Part shown: piece by piece, positions 52,797 to 64,000 of the stretch
Layout of the letters: each line of letters begins with the position of its first letter
How positions within the stretch are numbered: position 1 is the first letter of the stretch
Origin: Vicugna vicugna
Lineage: Eukaryota
Direction of reading: 5' to 3'
Length of the DNA: 64,000 bases
Assembly (NCBI GenBank): GCA_013265495.1
Contig: MU057701.1
Span: 806,001-870,000, forward strand
Made by a program: the position numbers and the translations under genes
The notes under the pieces: model-generated
The model's input: only the letters and a program-made list of their open reading frames with translations
What the model was told of the DNA's origin: nothing
Databases searched by the model: none

Positions 52797-53169
52797 TAGA
52801 TGATATGTGGAATCCCTGCGAAAGTTTTGAAACTATGTAAATTGCTCAGTTGACACTTGTGTGGAGATTTGATACATCCTCTCCCTGGAAGCCCAGAAGC
52901 TTAAAATGATGAATCAATGGACCTGTTGCCCAAGGACGGAGGAGCATGTCTAAAACAAGTCTGTGGCAGTGAATACTTTTTAATTGTCATAGTAGTTATT
53001 TATAGAAATTCAGTTTTCCTATTATTGCTTTTATTTGTTTAATACTCACTTAAAATGTGTTATTTGTACAGGTTAGTGAATGAAAGAAAACTCATTCTTA
53101 CATAAGAGTTTGTGATCTGAGGAGCCGAGATATTGAGCAGTTTAGAGATAAGTTTCAGTCCAGTATATT

Positions 53170-53319
53170 GTGTTTTGTTTTGTTTTGTTTTTTGCAGGGG
53201 GAGGTAGTTAGGTTTACTTATTTATTTATTTTTTAGAGGAAGTACTGGGGATTGAACTGGGGATTGGACCCTGTGTATGCTAAGCATGTGCTCTACCACT
53301 TAAGCTATACCCTCCCCCC
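53170..53319 (-). mobile_element. Vic-1-like SINE
   Basis: TSD TCAGTCCAGTATA / TCAGTCTAGTATA. Confidence 0.85.
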
Positions 53320-53529
53320 TCAGTCTAGTATATAAAAGGGCTGGTCTTTCTTAAATATTGCTTTCATCCTGTCAGTCCTTTGCTGTGAAATTGGGACCTC
53401 TAGTGAAATAGACATTGCCAAATTAGATCAGCACCTTTTCCTGTCACTGTCCATTCTGAATAAAATTACCTTGAGCACAGCATTTTAAAACTCTGCATTT
53501 TTTCATTTTCCAGAAGAGCTGATGTATAC

Positions 53530-53980
53530 TTTTTAGCCTATACAACTTCCCAGCCACACCTCCTCATTCTAGCTGTAAGCCGCCTATTTACTTGCTGGCT
53601 TAGTTGCCATCAGACTTAAATCTGTAACCCTTGTGCCCATCTCCAGCCTGTGTATCCAGCAGCCTCCTAGACGTGTCCGCATAGCATGCACCTCAAATAC
53701 AGCAAATACAACATGTCTAAGACTGAACTCATCACTTGCCCCCATTACCTCCCCTTCATTCAGTGTTCCCATCTTAGTAAATGAGATCACCATCGTAAGA
53801 TGGTGCTCAAGCTAGAGACCTGGGAGTATACTGTTTGTTATACTTTTTAATTACCTTTTAAATATCGAATCCGTTTCCTTCCTTTCACACTGTCCACATC
53901 ATCTCAATTAGACTAGTTTAATAGTCTCCAAACTGATCTGTATGTAACTCTCCATTCCCCAATTCTGTTTCCCCTAAGTT
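53530..53980 (+). mobile_element. L2 LINE fragment (representative; others near 11900-12140 and 30200-32460)
   Basis: Pyrimidine-rich L2 ORF2 motifs such as CACCTCAAA...AACATGTCTAAGACTGAACTC. Confidence 0.6.
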
Positions 53981-54284
53981 GAAAAACCTTTTAATTACAT
54001 ACTTCTGTTTGCTCTTAGCAGAAGGTTAAAAGGTCCCTAACTTTGTATATTTAATTTTTTTTTTTGCTTCCTACCACCCACAACAAAATAAAAAAGCAAA
54101 CTAGAATACCCAGAAACCTTTCAGCCTGCTTAACCTATTTATGCTGTTTCCTAGGGCTTTTCCCCTAAATTTCCCTCCCTGTTGCACCCTGAAACACTTT
54201 TTTTTTTAAACACCCAGCCCACTTGTAACTACTTGTTTTAGTGTAAATATCACCAGCTTCATAAGATGAGGAAAACAGCAGCAA

Positions 54285-54520
54285 CCCTGTATATTGCACC
54301 CACTGGGTGCTGTCAGTGCGTTAAGCACTTTTCATACTTTAACTTGCTTATTCCTCACAACAGCATTTTGGTATAAGTACTGTCATCCCATTTTTCAAAT
54401 GGAAAAGTTGAGGCATAGAGAGGTTAAGTAATTTATCCAGTATCACACAACTAGGAAGAGGCAGAATCAAGATTCAGTCGCAGGCATCCTGGTTCCATAA
54501 TGTGTGCTTTTAACTGAACT
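54285..54520 (-). mobile_element. MIR (representative; other copies near 9120-9690, 24950-25160, 43770-44020, 57230-57340)
   Basis: CATCCCATTTTTCAAATGGAAAAGTTGAGGCATAGAGAGGTTAAGTAATTT core. Confidence 0.7.
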
Positions 54521-54569
54521 CTGGCCGCCTGACCGAGTTTTTTGTCTTTAATCTCTGACTCTCGAGTTG

Positions 54570-55305
54570 CATTAGTTTCCTGTGGCTGCTGTAACAAAGC
54601 AGAGTGAGAAATTAATTTTCTCACAGTTCCGGAGGCTAGAAGTCTAAAATCAAGATGCCAGTAGGGCCATGCTGCCTCTAAAGGCTCTAGGAGAGAATTC
54701 TTTTCTTGCCTTTTCCAGCCTCCAGTGCCCCAAGAGCTCCTTGGCTTGTTGGTAGCTTAGTTCCAATCTCTGTTGACCTCTGTCTCCTCAGGGTAGTCTG
54801 TCTTGGCGTTTTCTGATGAGTGCCTCAGAATTCTTCCAGCCTTTCCCCAGTATCCAATTCCAAAGCCACTTCTACGTTTTTGGGTATTTGTTTTAGAGCA
54901 CTTCATTTCCCAGTATCAAAATCTGTATCAGTTTCCTGGGGCTGCCATAACAAATTGTTTTAAATTATTCAGTTTATGGACAACAGGAATTTATTCTGTC
55001 ATGATTCTGGAGGCTCAGTTCCATGCCTCCGGCATAGCTTCTTGGTGTTTCTTGGCTTATGGACAGGAACATCACTACAAACTCTGCTACTGCATTTACA
55101 TCACCTTCTTCACGGGTTTCTTTAAATCCTCTCCTCTTATAAGGACAGCAGCCATTTGATTTAGGGCTTGCCCTAAATCCAGAATGATTTCATCTCAAGA
55201 TCCTAAGCTAATTACACCTGCAAAATCCCTGTTTCCAAATAAGGTTACATTGTAAGGTTTCAGGGGGACATATGTTTTGGTGGGACACTATTCAGCCCAC
55301 TACAC
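54570..55305 (-). mobile_element. MLT1 (MaLR) LTR(s)
   Basis: Two TG(C/T)AT(T/C)AGTTTCCTG(T/G)GGCTGC starts; ends GGGACACTATTCAGCCCACTACA. Confidence 0.75.
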
Positions 55306-56620
55306 CTTGCGTTCCTCACTCTTAGTTTCTGTGAATTTGTTTAGAAACGAAACTCAAAACTTACTTTTAGTCATTAACCTCTTATCTTGCCTCGGTAAAA
55401 GCTAAACAGACTTTAAAATGCAGGCATATAATCTATAAGTTTGCTCTTAATTGTATTTTTGGCAAACATTTTCATTTCAGCCTATCCTCCCCTGCCACCC
55501 AGTGGGCTCCTCGCGCTGCTCCGTGACTTTCGAGAAGCCAGCCAGTTGGGGTGTGCAGAAAGAACACTGTAGGCATTGTGGGGGCAGAACTTCTGGAGAG
55601 TCCACATTCTAACTCCAAAACCGAATACACATACACATCAGTGTTTATTTGTATAGGAAAGCTGTTGTCACTTTTACAGTTTTTTATGACAATAATCTTG
55701 GTTATATAAACTGTGTGAATGTGCCCAAGTAGATCAATATTAAAGCAACTTTTCTTTGAAAGCATTAGCAGCTACTATTCACTCAGTTTTGCTACTTTAT
55801 GCTTTTAATGAATTTATCCTTCTGCAGCTGCAAGAAGAAAAAAATTGTCAGTGTTGAGTATTATCTTTGATGAACAGAATAAAAAATAATTGTATAACAT
55901 CACATTTCCAGAGGGACACTGACAAACTGTACATCTGGGCAAAAATACCAGGGCAGTGAAGACTGGAAAACATGCTGTAAGAGGAGTGATTGAAGTATCT
56001 GAGCATGTTTGGACTGAAAAGAAAAAACAGAGTAAAATTATAGATATTGTGAAAGATTTGAAGAACTGTGTGTGGGGGAGGTGTTAGGTTTATTTCACAG
56101 AAATCTAGCAGGCAGAACCAGGACTGATTGGTGAAAACATTAGGTTTGTGTAATCTCATTTAAAGGGAAGACTTTCTGAAAGACCAATTCCAGTCTCGAA
56201 TGGACTGCCACCATATAAAGTTGTGAATTCTCTGTCAAGATGTAAAATTGTGTTCTCTGTTAAGGTGGAAATTCTGTGGATGCCAGTACAGACTAAGTTA
56301 GTCAGTTGTTAGAGACCCTTTCTGTAGTCTGTGAGTTGCTTGTCCGTTTAATTAAATTTGTTCCCGTGACATCTCATTTTCGTGCTGAAATCTTATGCTT
56401 ATAAATTGTTTTCTACCCCAAAAAATGTTTTTATGTAGAATATTTTTCTTGTTCCATTGAGATTTGTAGATATTTCTGAATAAAGAGGGAAAACCAAACA
56501 GTTAAAGAAATAATTCAGTATCTTTGTAACAAGGGAAATCCTTAAGATTGATATCTTAGAAAATAAAGAATTAGGCTGTCCTGTAATTCTTATGCTTGGT
56601 CAAAGCTCACTGTGTACTTT

Positions 56621-56740
56621 GTGGGGGGTAATTAGATTAATTAATTAATTAATTAATGGAGGTGCTGGGGATTGAACCCAGGACCTTGTGTGTGCTAAGC
56701 ATGCACTCTACCACTGAGCCACTGAGCTATATCTTCCCCC
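56621..56740 (-). mobile_element. Vic-1-like SINE with (TTAA)n tail
   Basis: TSD TGTACTTT; small internal duplication of CCACTGAG. Confidence 0.85.
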
Positions 56741-58426
56741 CTGTACTTTCTGATTTGATATTGCCACTTAGATTTTTGTTATGGTATTACCCTTGGAAAG
56801 CTTTTTATTCTTTTTGATTAAAGGAGTCTGACATCTTTAACATTTTAAGTTGGAATAGGGCCACTGTCATCACTCAATGATAAGAAGTCAGTAGAAATAC
56901 CCATTGTAGGGTGAAATCTCCAGCAGCTTAAAAAAATGATTTTCAGAAATTTTTGTAAAAAGCTTCTAACAGAGGAGTATACTAATCTCATGTCAACGGA
57001 TGCCTTCTTCAAAGAGCAGAGCTAGATAACAGGGACCCTTTATTAATCTTTTTTTTCCAACTTTAAAACTTTTGATGGTTTTGCTAGCCTTTTATTTACC
57101 ATGATTTAATATATCCCTTCTTTCTTCAGAGTTATTGAATGACTCATTCCTGGAATTCTGTGAAGTTTTAATTGATTTACTACCCTTCTAGTAATAGTAA
57201 TATTTTCTATATATTGATCACTAATGATGTGCCCAGGCACTATGATAGATGCCTCATTATGATCCCTTTACTTACCTTATAATAGCTTGCACTGGCTCTG
57301 AAGACAGGTACTGTTATCCCCATTTTATCTGTTAGGTAAACTCAAGGCACTCTATTTGAACAACCTCTAATTATTTTGATTTCCTAGCCCACAGCAGCTT
57401 AGGAGAAAATATTGTGCTCATCGTCATGGAAGAGAGGAGTGAGTGCAGCAGCAAAGAGGAATATCTAAAAGCATGACACACAGTTAGGTGAATAAAATGA
57501 CTCAGAGGCTCAGAGAGGTTGTATCTTGTCCACGTTCACGTATCTTATAAGTGACCTTGCCTGTTTAAAGCCAGACCTTTCTTAAAGCTCTGTTCTTTCA
57601 GCGCCTTGCGCTTGCCTTTGAGTAGACAGGAAAGTTAGACTCTTTCTTGTCAGATACCTCATACACACTCCTGAATTCTTTTTGAGAGAGAGAACTGCTG
57701 ATACTAGTGTTTCTAAATCTGGTCCTAGACGTTAACTTGCCTTGTGTTGGAAGCGACCACCCTGTTGCAGTCTCCACCTCCGTTACTAGTGGGTGGCGTC
57801 TTTAGAGAGATTTAAGCAGGAAAGGAAGCCGCTCCTCTCTCCAGTTTGATCTTTATTGTTTATAAGGCAAGATGAGAGATGAGACATTGTCACTTGTTTG
57901 AGATGACTCAAGGACCAGAATTTAGCAGAACGTTTACACCATTTTGATGGAAATGTTTCTAAACTATTGTAATGTGGCCCTGCTCTGTACCTGCCACATA
58001 CTGAGCATAGTTTAAATATTTCTGGTTAAAAATCCTGCTCATCATATTGTTACAGTGATGATCTTAAAATTGTTTGAAGTGTAACCAAGACTGTCCTGCA
58101 CCATGTACTCACATGCCCTGAATTTTAAGGTCCTGTTTCTGTGTGTCATGTTTTTAGATAGCCTTCTTTGCTGCTCTACTCATTCATCTCTTCCCACAAC
58201 TATAAGCACATTATTTTTATCCTAAGCTGCTTTGGGCTAGGAACTCAAAATAATTAGAGGTTGTTCAAATAAAGAATACCTTGAGTTTGAATGAGACTTG
58301 AGGGCATCTCTTGTGAGCAAATATATTGAGCTTTAGTGCACAACCTTTGAGTTAATGTATTTTAACTTTCACTGGATAGATTTCTACATCTAATGTAGAA
58401 AGTGCTTTTTTGCTCTTTTTAAACAG

Positions 58427-58650
58427 AGAAGAAGATACAGAAAATGAAAATGAAAAGAAAATTTGGTACTACAGCACAAAGGTCCAGCTTGCAGAATTAA
58501 TAGACTGTCTAGACAAAGAATACTGGGAAGCAGAACTCTGCAAAATTCTAGAAGAAATGCGTGAAGAAATTCACCGGCACATGGACATAACTGAAGACCT
58601 GACCAATAAGGCTCGGGGCAGTAACAAATCCTTTCTGGCGGCAGCTAATG
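58427..58650 (+). CDS. BPTF: BPTF exon 3 (224 nt)
   Basis: Acceptor TTTTTAAACAG|A completes Ile (AT+A). Encodes EEDTENENEKKIWYYSTKVQLAELIDCLDKEYWEAELCKILEEMREEIHRHMDITEDLTNKARGSNKSFLAAAN. Donor G|GTGAGA, phase 1. Phases of exons 1-3 join in frame. Confidence 0.98.
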
Positions 58651-58989
58651 GTGAGAGGGAAATTTCCTCATTTTACTTTTTGTTCAATTTGTGATAAACT
58701 CTTGGTATGAAAACACTGCAGAATTTGAAGATACATTAAAAAATGATGAATATTTTGCTTTACTTCTCTGTATTTCATTTTCCCAAGAGAACTTTGTTCA
58801 TCCTGACATAAATGAGGGATCCTGTGCATTTTAGTGTTTTGTATCTTTCCTTGGTCATTACTGATATTTCCCAATTTATTTGTTTCTTTAGTTCAAGTGT
58901 TTTATTAACTCTTTTGGGGAGTCCTATTTTTATTTATGAGACCTGGTGTTCTTTTAAAATGTACTCTTTGTTTTCTTTTTTTCTAATAA

Positions 58990-59770
58990 ACTTTTAATTT
59001 TAGAGTAATTCTAGACTTACAGAAAAGTTGCTAAGATGGTTCAGGGGGTTTCATATACCCTGTTATCAACATCTTAAATTAGTGTGGTATATTTGTCATA
59101 ACTAATGAATCAAGGTTGATATATTGTAATAAGTCCGTACTTTATTCAGATTTCCTCAGTTTTTGTCTAATGTCCTTTTCCTGTCCCATGATCGCATCTG
59201 GGACACCACATTATATTTAGTCTTCGTGTCTCTTTAGGTTCCTCCTGAATGTCACGGGTTCTCAGACTTTCCTTATTATTTGATGACTTTGACAAGTTTT
59301 GAGGAGTACTTTTCGGGTATTGAGTAGAATGCCCTCAAGGTGGATTTGTCTCATGCTCTCATAGTTAGCCGGGAGTTGTGAATTTTGGGGGAAAAGACCA
59401 CAGAGGTGAAATGCCAGTCTCATCATCTTATCAAGAGTACCTGCTATCAACATGATTTATCACTGCTGATGTTAACCTTCATCCTCTGGTTGAGGCAGTG
59501 TCTGTCAGGTTACTCGACTGTAAAATTATTCCTCCCATCCATCCTGTGCTTTGGGAGAAAGTCACTACACATGGCCCACACTTAGGGCGGAGGAGTTATG
59601 CTCCACCTCAAAGGAGCAGTTATCTACATACATTATTTGGGATGTTTCTGCGCAGGCGATTTGTCTATTCTTCATTTATTTATTCAGTCATTTACATCAG
59701 GATGGACTCATGGATATATTTTTTTATACTTTGGGTTGTATTACAATTACTAACTTATTTTGTTGCTCAA
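58990..59770 (-). mobile_element. L1MC-type 3' fragment
   Basis: GACTTACAGAAAAGTTG, CTTTATTCAGATTTCC and ACCACAGAGGTGAAATGCC motifs. Confidence 0.7.
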
Positions 59771-62700
59771 CATTTTGCTTTTTAAAAATTCTTTGCTTTT
59801 AACAGATAATAAATGCCTATGTACAAAAGGTTATAACTGGAAAAGTCTCTTTTCCAGAGACAGAGATTAATGCTATTTAAAAAAATCCTGCCAGACATAT
59901 GCTGTGCAGGTTTAATAAGTATCACATGGGTTTTCTAATAGTGCCTTAGACTTAATATAGGTAAAATGATTAGGTAGGACTCTGAAAGTACTCTTTAACT
60001 GCATGGTTCTGCTCTTTTACATATATTCTCTGCTCTGCATATAATCCTATTTTTCCCATTCTCCATTTACTAAAAACTTTCCCCATTCTCTATTTGCTTA
60101 AAATGGAACGTTTACATTTAATAAGTGTATTTAGTTCAGCTATATCCAAGCTTGTCTCATACATACTGCATCAATTTTCTCTCGAATTCATGATTATTTT
60201 TGGAGAATGATATGCTGTCATATACAAATACTGTTGCACACAAATATACTTTGTCTTCAGAAACTAGCAGACTTAGTTACCAAGGACTATGTTTATTCAT
60301 ACCTGGTCATTGGAAGTACTTTTCTATTTGATCTGGGTTTTTTTTTCATCAGATAAGTGTTACTCATCAGAATTCTTTGGGGAGGTTAATCGCAGTCATA
60401 TGATCCCTGTCTCACTCCCTTCCATACTATAGATCAAATAATAGAAAGTTTTATAAGTTTCAGTCAGGTTACTTCCCCTCTTAATTTCTTTTCATGAATC
60501 ATGGTGTTAAAATTGACAAATCCCTTCTTGCTCTCTTGCATTCTCAGCTTTTAGTGCAATAGTGAAGAACCATGTGGTCCCCTCAAAAGCAATGTGAAGT
60601 TGTTTTTATCAAGTGTGTTGAATTAGAATTTTCTAGAGTGAGCTTGTCTGTGTATAAAATTGTAAAATTAGTTAAGCGTTTTATAATAATGGAAGCTAGC
60701 AGAGAGAGCTCTGAGTGTTAGGACACAATATGTTCTTAGAGCCAGGGTTAGGCCACGGTTTGTGTGCAGCCACCCTCTTAATAAAACTAGAGTTAATTCA
60801 AATCAGGTAAACTGCACCTTGGATTTAACAGTGAGATCTAAACAAAGAGTGACATTTTTCTTCTTTTTTTCCTTTTTTCTTTTTTCTCCCCCTCTCTTTT
60901 TTTTGTAAGGTGCAACCAACGTGGTACTAGAGGAGGAGGGATTCACAAGAATTGAAAATTGATGGGGAAGAGAAGGGGAAACTAACATTTTTGAGTACCT
61001 ACTGTGGGCCAGGTGTTCACCTAGGTGTTTTACAAGCCTTTAATCCTCTCAGCTGCTTTCTAAGGAATGTATTGGCAACGAATTAAACATTCAGATAGAG
61101 GGATTCCCCCACTAAAACACTGGTTTGCCACCATTACTTTTATTTGCTCTCTCTAGCAACCAACATCTTGGCTATGATAGTCAGTTTAGGAGCATCCAGC
61201 CCAGGTAAATACCCAAAATACTATCTAGTGGTATTGTTTAACTTGGAATTTTATGAGATTGAAAAAAAAAAAAGCCACTGGGCTTTTGAAATAGCCAAGA
61301 ATAATTTGTGGTATCATAACATTGATTTCAGAATCACAGCTCATCCTTACGACTTGACATTTTTAACTTCTCAGATAGTATAAATCCTTTGAGATGTTTA
61401 GCCGTCTGGCTTTTATATACATATATGTCCACTTGAGGAGAGTTTAATTCTGTTTTTGATAGTTGAATTTTTCTTTTCTGTTTTTTCCTAATATTTCACA
61501 AAAAAATCTCGGACGTACAGAAGGCTGAAAGAATTATACAGTAAACACCCATAAGCCCATCATCTGGATTCTATAGTTTATTATATATTTGTAACTATAA
61601 ATAGTTTATTGTGTTTATTTTGTCATATACCCTTTTGGTGATTTTGTTTTGTAATGCTTTATTTTGCTTCTTTGAAGGAAGTTTATTTTTGGAATAAACT
61701 TTTCTAAGAGGAGATAGTTTTTAAAATCTGTTAGGTTATTTCTTTCTGTATAGTTTTGAAATATTCCTGCAATGTATAGGACATATATGTTTATGCATAT
61801 TTATTGTAGATCCGTTATAACCTAAATTGATTATTTCTTCTTTCATCTTTAATATGTATATTTTTTCTCTCCCTGACTTTTTTGGTCTGTTTTTCTATGG
61901 CTCTGAGTACCATAGTTTTAGAACTGAAAACAAGCACATATAGGCTGATAAATACGTGTATGCTTGATAGAGTGGTTCACAAGAGAGAATATTTGAAACT
62001 AGAACCTTTATAGAAAATCAGAGACCTTTGGTCATTCTGCCTGTGCTTTTCATCTAACTTAAGTCATCTAATAATTAGGTTAAAAAAAAGAATGTTGTTC
62101 ACTTCCAGTAAATGACACTAGGGAAATTGAGAGGGATATAAGAGTTTGGTTGGGAAAAGCTGGGAGTTGAAGATCAGGGTGGAGCTATGTCTGAAAGTAA
62201 GAAATCACATGGCTCTAAGAAAAGCAGATGATTGGTACTTATAATTTCTTTTTCTACATATAAATATCTTTTAAAAAGAGTGACTGAGATGAGATACTTC
62301 CATTGATAGGTTTAGTGTACTTAGCAAGAGTAAATGCAGCCAGGGCACACAGGAACTACAAGCAGTGCGTACAGACAGGTGAGAGGAAATGATGTAAAAA
62401 AGGATCCTGGGATGACATGGATGAAGAGGAAGATAGAAAATATAACAATTGGAATTCCTCTCTTTGAAATTGTTGCCCTATAGCTGACTTACATGATCAT
62501 ATAATCACTGGCTTCTTAACTCTTAAAGGAATTAGGAATAGAGACTGAGAGAGAGTAAGGAATCAACTCCAACCACCTCAAGTGTAATCATTTTACCAGA
62601 AAGATCAGTGTTTTTCAGTGATGACTTTACAAGGTTTTTCAATCCTAGCAAACATCCTAGAAACCTACAATTTAAGAAATATTGATGAAAATGAAAGTAG

Positions 62701-62899
62701 AGAACATTTAAACAAAGGAAATTTTAAAACCCCAAAAGAAGTCTAATGAGTGCATGTCATTGGCATTAAACATGTTTCTTCTTGTTCACAAACACTGCAC
62801 TCTAGTTGGTAAATTTATTTTTCATGGGAGTACAGCTTAGCAACTCTGAAACTAATTTACTGTGTATAATAGGAGTGACTAAATAAATAGATATATTGT

Positions 62900-63430
62900 A
62901 GATAATGAAAGCAGAACTTCTGTCAGAGAGACAAGTTAGAGAAACAACAGAGCAATGCTTGAATGAACCACACAGGTACCCCCCTCCCCCGACAGAGAGA
63001 TGCAATTGATGTGTGTATATACATGGGTTAGCATCCATGCGTACATTTCCTAGCTCTGTTGATGGAGAGAGTGTAGAAGCAGTGACACCCTTGTTGTTAA
63101 CAAGTACACATAGTGCCCAGATCATAACTTCTAAACATCATTCTCTGATAGATATCACTCTCTGATTTATAAAAAAAAAAAAAAAGAAGGCTCCTTGAGA
63201 GGTGATGGATTGTAGGGCTGGGGCAGGGAAAATACAAGGTGAGTCTGGAGCATCTTGTAGTCCTGGTAAGTACGAAAATACTGAATCAATGAATGAATGA
63301 TGGTTAAAGGATACAGGTCTAACCTGGAAAAGCTCCCAATGGCCAAAGCTGGAACAGTTTGAGCAACAAAATAAAAAATGATAGTAATGGACCATAACCC
63401 AAAGAATATCATTAATATCCAGGAGTCCCT
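62900..63430 (+). mobile_element. L1MC-type fragment
   Basis: GGGCTGGGGCAGGGAAAATACAAG and AAAGCTCCCAATGGCCAAAGCTGGAACAGTTTGAGCAACAAAAT motifs. Confidence 0.7.
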
Positions 63431-64000
63431 GTGGTCTGCACCAGACTGTAGTATATTACTCTGCCCAAGTTGAAAGAAGATGAGAGCCCTTAGGGATTGA
63501 GTGAGCAGAAACTTACGGGACTGCAGAGAGAAATGTTTCCAAATGTGCCTCTGTTTTCTCTTTTTACAGTGGAGGCCTTAGGGTCAAGTAGCTTGCAGGC
63601 TCACATAGCTAATTCAAGTCTAGGTCATGCGTCTCTAGGTTTCTGTCACTGTCCCACACTGCCCAGTCTGTGTCAATTTACAGTTTTTCTCATATGGCAG
63701 AGAATATGACAGTAATCTCTATCAATCTCAGCTTTAAGAGGTAGACTAATTTTTCTTTCTTTCTTTTTTCTTTTAAAAGAAATTAGAGCCTGTAATTAGC
63801 ATGTATTTTTTAGAAGTGAAGATAAACAAATTGATTGAGTTTTCTAAACATCAGAATTTTATTGGTAATCTTGACCCTTATTTCATAGTTCTAATGCTTT
63901 TAACAAATTTAACTTTAATAACTTCTATTAAAACTCTTAAGTGGCATTTGTAATACTTTTGTATTTGGTATATATGGAAACATAATGTTTTATTTTATTG

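Noticed and set aside
58055..58121. Possible C/D snoRNA (GTGATGA...CTGA)
   Set aside because: No terminal stem, no recognisable antisense element, and about 300 nt from the acceptor.
60855..60915. Long pyrimidine tract ending TAAG|GTGC as a cryptic acceptor
   Set aside because: Weak AAG acceptor; more simply a decayed poly-T tract. No supporting exon.
63750..63790. Pyrimidine tract plus AG as a possible BPTF exon 4
   Set aside because: The following sequence does not encode the expected continuation (EEILESIRAK, from recall); exon 4 is probably beyond the window.
1..64000. CRISPR arrays, operons, defence or other prokaryote-type systems
   Set aside because: The sequence is a spliced mammalian locus; no regularly spaced direct repeats or compact gene clusters.

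Overview
Mammalian genomic DNA, most likely a camelid (alpaca/llama/camel), inferred from about 18 copies of a tRNA-derived SINE that I recognise as Vic-1-like. The window holds the 5' end of BPTF (largest NURF chromatin-remodelling subunit) on the + strand. It has a CpG-island promoter (~17.85-19.05 kb) and exon 1, whose start codon falls in a 284-N assembly gap and whose visible CDS is 18725-19052. A 32-kb intron 1 follows, then exon 2 (51127-51949; DDT domain and first PHD finger) and exon 3 (58427-58650). The gene continues beyond the window. The rest is intergenic or intronic and dominated by ordinary eutherian repeats (L1, L2, MIR, MLT1/ERVL, Tigger and hAT MITEs); nearly all ORF-track entries are spurious. 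I found no new multi-gene system. The most interesting details are small. (1) A perfect 58-bp inverted duplication inside an intronic SINE, whose spacer carries a 21-nt snippet matching DNA 850 bp away (a template-switch signature). (2) A 15-codon strong-Kozak uORF overlapping a perfect YY1 site. (3) AG|GT recursive-splice-type sites, including the exon 2 acceptor itself. (4) Two tiny polyadenylated orphan retro-insertions. Repeat family names and boundaries are by eye and approximate.
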